A DNA stretch of 35,238 bases, taken from the UHGV virus genome UHGV-0365687. One strand, given 5' to 3'. Every line of letters begins with the position of its first letter. The first letter of the stretch is position 1. The stretch comes from a virus. A model generated the notes under the pieces. It searched no databases and was not told the DNA's origin. It worked only from the letters and a program-made list of their open reading frames with translations. A program made the translations under genes and the position numbers. Shown piece by piece: positions 18,737 to 26,709 of this stretch.

Positions 18737-19789
18737 TTAGCTGTCGGCGAACTTCAGGCCAGTGACCATCGCGCACTTGCCATAGTCTTCAACGACATAA
18801 GCGTCATTGATGGACTGGTAGGTGGCGATGCGGTTGTATTCCGGTTCGTCTTTCATCAGACGACGCATTGAACCTTTCTGCCAGTAAATCGACAGGTTGT
18901 TGAACGAGGTGATCAGCATCGTTGAATCCGGGAAGAACGGCGCAAGGAACACGCCCAGCCCGCCAATGGTGCGCGATGACAGAATGAGCTGCCCGGCGAG
19001 TAATTCCGCATTGGGATTCTGGCCGCTGATGCTGTTCAGCACGGGCAGACGCAGCGAGTTAAACAGGTTGCGCCCCATAATCACCACGAGGTCGTCAGCT
19101 TCCTTGTGCCATTCATCCAGCAGGGATGAGCGCGCGTCCTGCACCAGTGCATCAGCGTTCGCATACTTACCCGCGTGCGCCACGGTGTTGTCCATGTTAC
19201 GGGAGGTCAGCGTCACGTCATTCATAACGCGTTCGCTGGCGTCGGTTCTGATGTGCTCCAGCCAGCCCACGTTAACGTCCTGAAGCAACTTGTTGGTGCT
19301 GAAGTTAGACTCATCCGCGTGAGACGTGCCGTTGAAACCGATCATGATGCGGTCAAGCGCCACCTGTCGGGCAATCTGTGCGCTGATGCGGGACTGAAAA
19401 TCAGGGTGTGCCGCCCAGGCATCAAGCTGCGGATATGAAATAAACGTGTCGTAGTTCACCTGTTCGCACTGGTATTTGCGGTTTTTCAGATCAACCACGT
19501 TATTCGGGTTACGGCGTTTTGTGCCGTCATAACTGGTATTCGTGCGCGCAATCGGCCCGGTGGTATCCAGGAGGATTTTTTCGCCTTTCTGGTCGGTCAC
19601 GCCGATCACGTTAATTCTTTTTGTAAATTCGGTGCTTTCCTTTGAGGCGTTTTCAAAACGCTGCTGTACCGAGGGTTCCACGGTAAATCGCGATACCAGT
19701 GCGGAAACCGGGATATTGTTAAGCGACGCCTGCTGCGCCATATAGCAACCCAGCTTGTTGCGGGTAATATCTGACATCACCAGATTCAT
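18737..19789 (-). CDS. N: major capsid protein N
   Basis: 350 aa, P2 N-like. Confidence 0.9.
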   Translation of the reverse strand: MNLVMSDITRNKLGCYMAQQASLNNIPVSALVSRFTVEPSVQQRFENASKESTEFTKRINVIGVTDQKGEKILLDTTGPIARTNTSYDGTKRRNPNNVVDLKNRKYQCEQVNYDTFISYPQLDAWAAHPDFQSRISAQIARQVALDRIMIGFNGTSHADESNFSTNKLLQDVNVGWLEHIRTDASERVMNDVTLTSRNMDNTVAHAGKYANADALVQDARSSLLDEWHKEADDLVVIMGRNLFNSLRLPVLNSISGQNPNAELLAGQLILSSRTIGGLGVFLAPFFPDSTMLITSFNNLSIYWQKGSMRRLMKDEPEYNRIATYQSINDAYVVEDYGKCAMVTGLKFADS

Positions 19790-19812
19790 AAAAAATTTGC
19801 TCCTTTGTCTTA

Positions 19813-20649
19813 TCAGAAGTCAGCCAGCTGGTCGGAGGCTGCGCCCGTTGCGGTGAACCGGTTCTGCGGATCGCCGTCCTGCGTGCGCAGTTTTTCCTTC
19901 AGTGCTGCCAGCTCTGTGGTCAGTGAAGTGATTTTCTGGCTGTCCTGCTGATGGCGGGTTTCCAGTGCATTAAAACGGTCGATAATGTCGGCCTGTGACG
20001 TTGCGACGCCTTCCACCGCTTCCTGAATGCGGGAGAAACTGGCGTCATCCGCTTTGCGGCCACGGCCAATAATCCCCATTACGCGGTTAAACCACTGGGT
20101 GCCTTCTTCCTGGCGTTGTTCTGCCATTTCGATGATTTCAGACTCGATGGCTTCGGAGATAAGCGGTGCTTCACCCTGGACACTGTTGAACGTCATCACC
20201 GCCTGACGTTGCTGTGCCGTGAATTTCAGGCGCTCAGTGCCCAGGCTTGCCGGGGTGTCGGTCATCGCCAGCCCGACCAGATAGGCGCGCCCGTTAACGG
20301 AGAACTGCGGGTGCAGTTCGATACTGGAATAGATTTTCTTGCCGTCAGCGACAAGCTGCTTCATGCGCTCGGTCGGTTCGATTTCTGCATACAGCGCAGT
20401 ACGTCCGGCCAGCGGGCCTTCCGTAATATCTTCCGTACTCAGCGCGGTGACATCGCCCATTGCGGAAAATTCGCTTGACGGGCATGGCGAGAGATAGTGC
20501 TCAACGTTCACGCGGGCAGCGTAAACATCCGGGTTGAAGTTCTCGGCGGCTTCACGCAGATGTACCGGACTGATTTCGCGGCCATCAACAGTTGATCCGG
20601 AGACAGCCACGCGAAACTTTTTGCGGGATGTCTTTTTTTCATTAGCCAT
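19813..20649 (-). CDS. O: capsid scaffolding protein O
   Basis: Start refined to MANEKK with GAGGGG RBS. Confidence 0.85.
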   Translation of the reverse strand: MANEKKTSRKKFRVAVSGSTVDGREISPVHLREAAENFNPDVYAARVNVEHYLSPCPSSEFSAMGDVTALSTEDITEGPLAGRTALYAEIEPTERMKQLVADGKKIYSSIELHPQFSVNGRAYLVGLAMTDTPASLGTERLKFTAQQRQAVMTFNSVQGEAPLISEAIESEIIEMAEQRQEEGTQWFNRVMGIIGRGRKADDASFSRIQEAVEGVATSQADIIDRFNALETRHQQDSQKITSLTTELAALKEKLRTQDGDPQNRFTATGAASDQLADF

Positions 20650-20803
20650 AGTTTTTGCCCCTCTGACTGGTTCTTCAGTCATGATGGCAAAGCGTAACAG
20701 GCTGATACAAAGGGCTTTTGTTGTAAGAAAACGGCCAGAACAGGGGGTTAAGGAGAACAGTTTCGCGCGCGGGTAATCTTCCTGTAATTACTCAGGGGGA
20801 GCA

Positions 20804-22555
20804 ATGATTCAGGACGCTTTTGTGCGCCAGCGTGCGCGACAACTTTACTGGCAGGGTTATCCGCCCGCAGAAATATCACGTCTGATGGGAATAAACCCGA
20901 ACACGATTTATGCGTGGAAAAAACGCGACCAGTGGGATGAAACGCCACCCGTGCAGCGTGTCACGCAATCCATTGATGCGCGCCTCATCCAGCTTACTGA
21001 AAAACAGAATAAAACAGGCGGTGACTTTAAGGAAATAGACCTGCTGACCCGGCAGCTTAAAAAGCTGCATGATGGCCAGCCGGATGTGATGGCCGCAGGA
21101 AAGAAAGGCCGGGCGAAAAAACTCAAAAATCATTTCACGCCGGAACAGATTGCCGCACTGCGGGAAAAAATCATCAGCAGGCTGGAGCGGCATCAGCGGG
21201 GCTGGTTTGACTCCCTGACCCTTTGCGGGGAAGCCGGGATACGTAACAGGATGATCCTGAAATCCCGACAGATTGGGGCGACCTGGTATTTTGCACAGGA
21301 AGCACTGCTGATGGCGCTGCGTGACGATGTGGCGCAACCTTACCAGCGTAACCAGATTTTTTTGTCTGCGTCGCGTCGTCAGGCGTTCCAGTTTAAAAGC
21401 ATTATTCAGAAGGCTGCATCTGAAGTTGATGTGGAGCTGAAAGGGGGCGATAAAATCATCCTCTCCAACGGCGCAGAGCTGCATTTTCTCGGTACTTCTG
21501 CTGCGACGGCACAGTCCTATACAGGCAATTTTTATTTTGATGAATTTTTCTGGGTCAGTCGCTTTGCTGAACTGCGCAAGGTGGCTGGCGCTATGGCAAC
21601 CCTCAGCGGGCTGCGACGCACCTACTTCTCCACGCCATCAACCGAAACGCACGAGGCATACGTCTACTGGAACGGCGACCGCTGGAACGAGAAAAAGGCC
21701 GCGCATAAACGCCAGCATTTTTCTGTGGACTGGAAAACGCTGCATAACGGGCTTATCTGCCCCGACCGGACGTGGCGGCAAATTGTCACGCTGGAAGATG
21801 TGGTTAATCACGGCTGGAAACACACCGATATTGATGAAATTCGTGATGAAAACACCGAAGACGAGTTCCGCAATCTCTATATGTGTGAGTTTGTCCGCGA
21901 AGGGGAATCGGCATTTAACCTGAATATCCTGATTGGCTGCGGCGTTGATGGATACGACGACTGGAAAGACTGGAAACCTTTTGCTCCCCGCCCGATGGGG
22001 AATCGTCCGGTATGGATTGGGTATGACGCAAACGGCAGCAGTGGAAACGGCGACAGTGGCGCGGTGTCCGTGGTGGTTCCTCCGGCTGTTCCTGGTGGCC
22101 GTTTTCGAACGGTGGAGACGCGACGCGTTCAGGGGCTGGAGTTTGAAGAACAGGCCAGAGTCATTGAAGAGTTCACGTGTCGCTACAACGTGGAACACAT
22201 CGGCATTGATGTGACGGGCGGGAACGGGGAGGCTGTTTATCAGATAGTGAAACGGTTTTTCCCTGCTGCTATTCCGTACACCTTCACGCTGTCATCAAAA
22301 CGGTCGCTGGTACTGAAAATGCTGCAAATAATGCGTGCCGGGCGGTGGGAATACGATCGCGCCGAACGCGAGCTGGTCGCGGCCTTTAACGCCGTGCGTA
22401 AGGTGAAAACACCGGGCGGCTTTATCACTTACGAAACGGACCGCGCGAGGGGGATCAGCCACGGCGACCTTGCGTGGGCAACCATGCTTGCTGTCATTAA
22501 CGAACCAATTGGCGGCGAAGGAGAAAACGAGCGTTTCACGGTTATGGAGTTCTGA
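20804..22555 (+). CDS. P: terminase ATPase (large) subunit P
   Basis: 583 aa, divergent from O, followed by portal gene. Confidence 0.88.
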   Translation: MIQDAFVRQRARQLYWQGYPPAEISRLMGINPNTIYAWKKRDQWDETPPVQRVTQSIDARLIQLTEKQNKTGGDFKEIDLLTRQLKKLHDGQPDVMAAGKKGRAKKLKNHFTPEQIAALREKIISRLERHQRGWFDSLTLCGEAGIRNRMILKSRQIGATWYFAQEALLMALRDDVAQPYQRNQIFLSASRRQAFQFKSIIQKAASEVDVELKGGDKIILSNGAELHFLGTSAATAQSYTGNFYFDEFFWVSRFAELRKVAGAMATLSGLRRTYFSTPSTETHEAYVYWNGDRWNEKKAAHKRQHFSVDWKTLHNGLICPDRTWRQIVTLEDVVNHGWKHTDIDEIRDENTEDEFRNLYMCEFVREGESAFNLNILIGCGVDGYDDWKDWKPFAPRPMGNRPVWIGYDANGSSGNGDSGAVSVVVPPAVPGGRFRTVETRRVQGLEFEEQARVIEEFTCRYNVEHIGIDVTGGNGEAVYQIVKRFFPAAIPYTFTLSSKRSLVLKMLQIMRAGRWEYDRAERELVAAFNAVRKVKTPGGFITYETDRARGISHGDLAWATMLAVINEPIGGEGENERFTVMEF

Positions 22556-23601
22556 TGAGCAGAAAAAATAAAAAAGTGCGCATGAGTTCACGCATTGATC
22601 TCGCTGATGCGCTCAGGAAAGAATCGTCGCTCAGTGCATTCACATTTGATGGTCCTTACCGCCTGACCGGGCATGACCTGCTGGACAATATGTACTGTGC
22701 TGATAACGGGCGGTGGTATGAAACCCCGGTGGACTGGTACGGTCTGGCAAGAGCTGCCCGGCAAACGTCCTGGCATCAGTCTGCGCTTTACTTTAAGCGT
22801 AATGTATTGCTCGGCTGCTATATTCCGCATCCGCTGCTTTCCCGGCAGGATTTCTCGGCGCTGGCGCTGGACTGGTTTGTGTTCGGTAACGCATTCCTTG
22901 AGCTTCGGAGCAATATGCTCGGCGAACCACTTAAATTACGGCACGCACTGGCGAAATACATGCGACGCGGAAGCGATCTTGAATCATGGTGGTATGTGCA
23001 GGATGGCAAGGACGCGTTTCAGTTTCGCCCTGGCAAAGTGTGCCACCTGATGAATCCGGACATTAACCAGGAAATTTACGGCATGCCGGAATATCTTGGC
23101 GCATTACTCTCGGCCAGCCTGTCTCATTCGGCGGACATGTTCAGAAAACTGTATTACGACAATGGATCCCACGCCGGGTGCATCATCTACATCGGTGCAG
23201 CGCAGGTAAACCGCGAAAGCATGGACTCCCTGAAAGAAACGCTACAGGGTGCGCGTGGTGGTGGCGCGTTTAAAAACGTGCTCATCCATGCGCCCAACGG
23301 GGGCAAAGAGGGGGTGCAAATTTTGCCGTTCCAGCAGATCACCGCAAAGGATGAGTTCATGAATGTTAAGGCGGCATCCCGTGATGATGTGCTGGCTGCG
23401 CACCGCGTTCCGCCGCAACTGATGGGGGCGATGCCGGGCGAAAAAAGTGCGTTTGGTGATGTGGAGAAGGCCGCGCGGGTTTACGCAATTAACGAGCTGA
23501 TGCCCGTCATGGAGGCCATGAAGCACATCAATGACTGGCTTGGCGAAGAGGTGATCCGCTTTAACCCTTACGCACTGTTAGACACCCAGCCCACATCCTG
23601 A
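22555..23601 (+). CDS. Q: portal (capsid vertex) protein Q
   Basis: 348 aa, P2 Q-like. Confidence 0.88.
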   Translation: MSRKNKKVRMSSRIDLADALRKESSLSAFTFDGPYRLTGHDLLDNMYCADNGRWYETPVDWYGLARAARQTSWHQSALYFKRNVLLGCYIPHPLLSRQDFSALALDWFVFGNAFLELRSNMLGEPLKLRHALAKYMRRGSDLESWWYVQDGKDAFQFRPGKVCHLMNPDINQEIYGMPEYLGALLSASLSHSADMFRKLYYDNGSHAGCIIYIGAAQVNRESMDSLKETLQGARGGGAFKNVLIHAPNGGKEGVQILPFQQITAKDEFMNVKAASRDDVLAAHRVPPQLMGAMPGEKSAFGDVEKAARVYAINELMPVMEAMKHINDWLGEEVIRFNPYALLDTQPTS

Positions 23602-23739
23602 CGCGCTTCGCTTGTCTGCTGCTTCGCCGGGGCATAAAAAATTTATGCCCCGACTCTCCAGCTCCTGTATCAATCAGATAATTTCACGACGCTTTTCTGC
23701 TTATTGCCATCATCGGCGGTCAGACTCTTACGCAATCCT

Positions 23740-23790
23740 ACCGCGTTGACTGCATGTTCTTCGCCGCCTCAGTGCGATTTTGACGGCCTT
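23740..23790. other. approximate position of cos (cohesive-end site)
   Basis: GC-rich sequence gcactgaggcggcgaag (minus strand) partly resembles the P2 cos overhang as I recall it; about 150 bp beyond Q as in P2; not exactly matched. Confidence 0.25.
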
Positions 23791-23931
23791 ACCTTTCACC
23801 CCATCAAATCAGAATCCCTCACGTATTTTTCATGCTCAGCGTGAGAAATACAGCCATTCTGTTGTGTCTCTGCGACATCGTTCAGGGAATGCTATTTACC
23901 CCCTGAAACGCGGGCTGTTCCCCCGTCACCT

Positions 23932-23956
23932 GCGCGCAGAAAAAGCGCGTTTTTTT
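23932..23956 (+). terminator. intrinsic terminator (cgcgc/gcgcg stem, 7 T) ending the P-Q transcript
   Basis: Hairpin plus uninterrupted T7 tract on the plus strand. Confidence 0.55.
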
Positions 23957-24026
23957 GTGCACGCACGGATCCTTGACGGATCCAGCCGCCACGCGGGCCG
24001 GAAGGGCAAAAAGTCGTTCAAAAAAA

Positions 24027-24053
24027 TTGTGCAAATTTGTGCACTATTGTGCA
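24027..24053. repeat. three direct TTGTGCA repeats at exact 10 bp phasing
   Basis: attgtgcaaatttgtgcactattgtgcagc read directly. Confidence 0.6.
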
Positions 24054-24092
24054 GCATGGCGATGCGCGATTATCGCCCTGGTTTGAGGGGGA

Positions 24093-24632
24093 TTAGGTGT
24101 TATTTTTATCTGTCGTCAGTGGGCTAAACCATCCACGATTTACATCGCAGGACTGATGCGTTCTGTCCTCGTGTTTCTCCTGCCACAATGCTTTTCCGCC
24201 AGCCTTTATGATGGCTCTTTCAACATCCCGCTCGTATCGCAAGGGCTGAAATACGTCATTAATGAAATATTCGCTTATGTCCGGAAGCGATACAGCAAGA
24301 TTATTTGTTTGTTGCGCCGTCCGGCTATGCGACAAAGCGGCATACTTTAATGCGTCCTGTGCTTTCTGGAATTTAAGTGCATAGTCAGTGGCGATTTTTT
24401 CCAGTTCAGCGATGCGCTTTTTTGCTGTTTCCAGTTCATCCAGCAGTGCCAGCATGTCTTCCGGTCCAGCCAGAATTCTGAAGGTGTTGATCGCGTCAAT
24501 ATCCACACCGTAATCTTTAAGTTCCTGTTCGCTTAACAAATCATCATCAACTGGCAATATTAACAGGCGTTCCATTGCCGGAATTGCACGTTCTGCTGCC
24601 ATTTGTAGTGCCTGATAGTCAATTTTGCTCAC
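24093..24632 (-). CDS. Ead/Ea22-like protein (paralogue 2)
   Basis: MSKIDYQAL... N-terminus and KRIAELE coiled-coil as in Ead/Ea22-family prophage proteins; 4 nt overlap with upstream paralogue. Confidence 0.6.
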   Translation of the reverse strand: MSKIDYQALQMAAERAIPAMERLLILPVDDDLLSEQELKDYGVDIDAINTFRILAGPEDMLALLDELETAKKRIAELEKIATDYALKFQKAQDALKYAALSHSRTAQQTNNLAVSLPDISEYFINDVFQPLRYERDVERAIIKAGGKALWQEKHEDRTHQSCDVNRGWFSPLTTDKNNT

Positions 24633-25228
24633 TGGCTGCCTCCTTTGCGAAGCTCTGCGGCGAAATATACAGCTGCGGAAACAATAGCTGCATGTCGGTA
24701 TTCATCATCAGAAAATAAAGAATCTCCCTTAAGTGCATTGACGATACTCTGATGATTTTTTGCCAGCATCTCCACGCCCTGCGCCCGTACTTCAGCCAGA
24801 AAAGCGTCGGTGGCTGGGGTTTGTGGCATTCCTCCGTCTGTTGCGCAGATATACGCGTCAGATATTTCATCCTGCTCTCCATCAAATACATAGCAACTGC
24901 CCCTGATAAACAGCTTCATTGCGGCATTCTCCGCTGCCAGCTCCGTGAAATTAGCCTCCAGCTCTGCAATGCGTTTGCTTTGGGCTTCTCGTTCATCCAA
25001 CAGAGCCTGCACTACTTCAGGGTTGAAAGCTGCGATATAACGAGCGTTGTTCTCTGCGTTTTTCTGTTCGTCGAATCCAGGCCAGTCGACAATATCTCCG
25101 TGATGATTATCTCCTGGTGTGTGCACGGCGTACGTGCCGTATTTGCCCGGCGAAATAAATGCGACCCATTCGCCCTGTGTTGCCTGTTTTGCTAACTCAC
25201 GCAGTGCCTGATAGTTGATTTCGCTCAT
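24629..25228 (-). CDS. Ead/Ea22-like protein (paralogue 1)
   Basis: MSEINYQALRELAKQATQGEW... typical Ead/Ea22 N-terminal region. Confidence 0.65.
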   Translation of the reverse strand: MSEINYQALRELAKQATQGEWVAFISPGKYGTYAVHTPGDNHHGDIVDWPGFDEQKNAENNARYIAAFNPEVVQALLDEREAQSKRIAELEANFTELAAENAAMKLFIRGSCYVFDGEQDEISDAYICATDGGMPQTPATDAFLAEVRAQGVEMLAKNHQSIVNALKGDSLFSDDEYRHAAIVSAAVYFAAELRKGGSQ

Positions 25229-25291
25229 TAAGTCGGTCTCCTTGTTTATGTTCTGAGGTGGAGATCAGGGCGAACACGCCCTGATGTTGTG

Positions 25292-25603
25292 TTATTCAGG
25301 AAATAACGCCCTGATATTTCTGGCCATCTGACTGGTTATCTGTGCGGTTGGTACTGGCTGTGACAGGGGGCGTTCTGTCCTGGTTTGTGTCACTGATAAC
25401 GCCTCATCATCAGCCCATGCAGCCAGTCGGTAAGCCTCTGCCGGATTCATTTTCAGAAGTGCCAGCCCGGCCAGAAAAGCCACGCGTTGGCCGCTTTTGC
25501 GGGCTTCTGGTGTAAGGCTGTCCAGCCAGGCGCATGCTTCGCCTTCGTTCTTGACGGCGGCGGGCTTCAGATAGAAACTTATCCGTCTGGTTGGTGTCGT
25601 CAT
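25292..25603 (-). CDS. parR: ParR/StbB-like small DNA-binding protein
   Basis: 103 aa directly downstream of the ParM-like gene; start MTTPT with AAGGAG RBS; ISFYLKP...LAGLALL resembles ParR N-terminal region. Confidence 0.5.
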   Translation of the reverse strand: MTTPTRRISFYLKPAAVKNEGEACAWLDSLTPEARKSGQRVAFLAGLALLKMNPAEAYRLAAWADDEALSVTQTRTERPLSQPVPTAQITSQMARNIRALFPE

Positions 25604-25607
25604 TGGT

Positions 25608-26567
25608 TTACTCCTTGTCCATTGCGTACAGCCCATTAACCAGAGCAAACTGTGGCACCCCGTCCGCGATGAAAGTCGCATTAACTCCGCAGGCTTCGCG
25701 GATAGCGGGTGCCACAATCTCCGCCCCGCCACCGACAACCATCACCCGCCCGTAACCCGAAAAACCCGCCAGCGCGCGGATCACGCGTTGTTTCAGTGTT
25801 TCTTCCTTTTCACGAATAACCGCCATCAGGCTGGCGTAATGCGCGTCATTGTGGATGTGCTGGCGCAGCCAGGCTTCATCATGGCGATGTTCGATAATGG
25901 TATTGGCGATGTGGTGACTGGTGCGCATACCGTTAGTGGCCATCACCGACAGTACGGCATCGGCCATCAGAGAAACGCCTACGTGTGGATCGCAAAACAC
26001 CTGGCTGATACCTGCCAGTTGCCCCTGAACCTTTGCCACATCCAGCGTGGTTCCGCCCAAATCCACAATCAGCAGGGATTCAAACGGACTCATGTCAGCC
26101 AGTGCCTTAAAGCCAGCCGGAATGGATTCAGGCATAACCCGCACGTTACGGATAGTGAATGCTTCGCCGTTCTGGTACTCCACCGGGCGCATAACGTTCG
26201 CTTTTTTGCGGTTGATGTTGGCCATGTCCGGCTGTGCGTTTGTGTCGAAATACTCGCTCAGTGGCAGGGTGACAACCACATCCACTTCCTGTGGTGTGAT
26301 GCCTGATTTGACCAGCGCGTGATGAATGGCAATTACATTCACATCGCTGTACTGGTATTGCGTGTCGGTCGTCTGGACAAAGCGATCGCTGACCGGATCA
26401 AAACCATAGCGCACGCCATCAAGCATGTAGTTCGCGGGCTGCGTGCCACCGAACGGCGCAGACCATTCCGACTTGAAGCTGTTCGGGCTGATGGCGTTGC
26501 GGCGTTCGCCGTTCTCAGTCCATGCCAGCTTGATGTTGGTGGAGCCGTCGTCGATACAAATTTTCAT
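25608..26567 (-). CDS. parM: ParM/StbA-family actin-like ATPase
   Basis: MKICIDDGSTNIKLAW...ISPNSFK...YSDVNVIAIHHAL...IVDLGGTTLD: strong resemblance to plasmid R1 ParM including the phosphate-binding motifs. Confidence 0.8.
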   Translation of the reverse strand: MKICIDDGSTNIKLAWTENGERRNAISPNSFKSEWSAPFGGTQPANYMLDGVRYGFDPVSDRFVQTTDTQYQYSDVNVIAIHHALVKSGITPQEVDVVVTLPLSEYFDTNAQPDMANINRKKANVMRPVEYQNGEAFTIRNVRVMPESIPAGFKALADMSPFESLLIVDLGGTTLDVAKVQGQLAGISQVFCDPHVGVSLMADAVLSVMATNGMRTSHHIANTIIEHRHDEAWLRQHIHNDAHYASLMAVIREKEETLKQRVIRALAGFSGYGRVMVVGGGAEIVAPAIREACGVNATFIADGVPQFALVNGLYAMDKE

Positions 26568-26598
26568 GTCGCTTTTCCTTATGTTGATTAATTAATCG

Positions 26599-26709
26599 TT
26601 TACGGGATTCTGAAATCCCGTTTTTGTCTGTTTTGTGCTCGCTTCATATATCGCTGCGCGTTTTTTGCTCATTTACGGGATTCGTGAGTCCCGTTTCTGT
26701 CTGTTTTTT
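26599..26709. repeat. two ~36-38 bp direct repeats, each a palindromic hairpin plus T-tract (parC-like candidate)
   Basis: tttacgggattctgaaatcccgtttttgtctgtttt (26599-26634) and tttacgggattcgtgagtcccgtttctgtctgtttttt (26672-26709). Confidence 0.5.

Noticed and set aside
20876-21484. 202 aa ORF antisense to the terminase gene P (and a similar 186 aa ORF at 21638..22198)
   Set aside because: Lies entirely within a confidently assigned, well-conserved gene on the opposite strand; no RBS or recognisable family; typical antisense open frame in GC-rich coding DNA.
23780-24127. 115 aa plus-strand ORF in the cos region
   Set aside because: TTG start, no RBS, runs through a terminator hairpin and the phased repeats, and overlaps the end of the Ead-like gene; the region looks regulatory, not coding.
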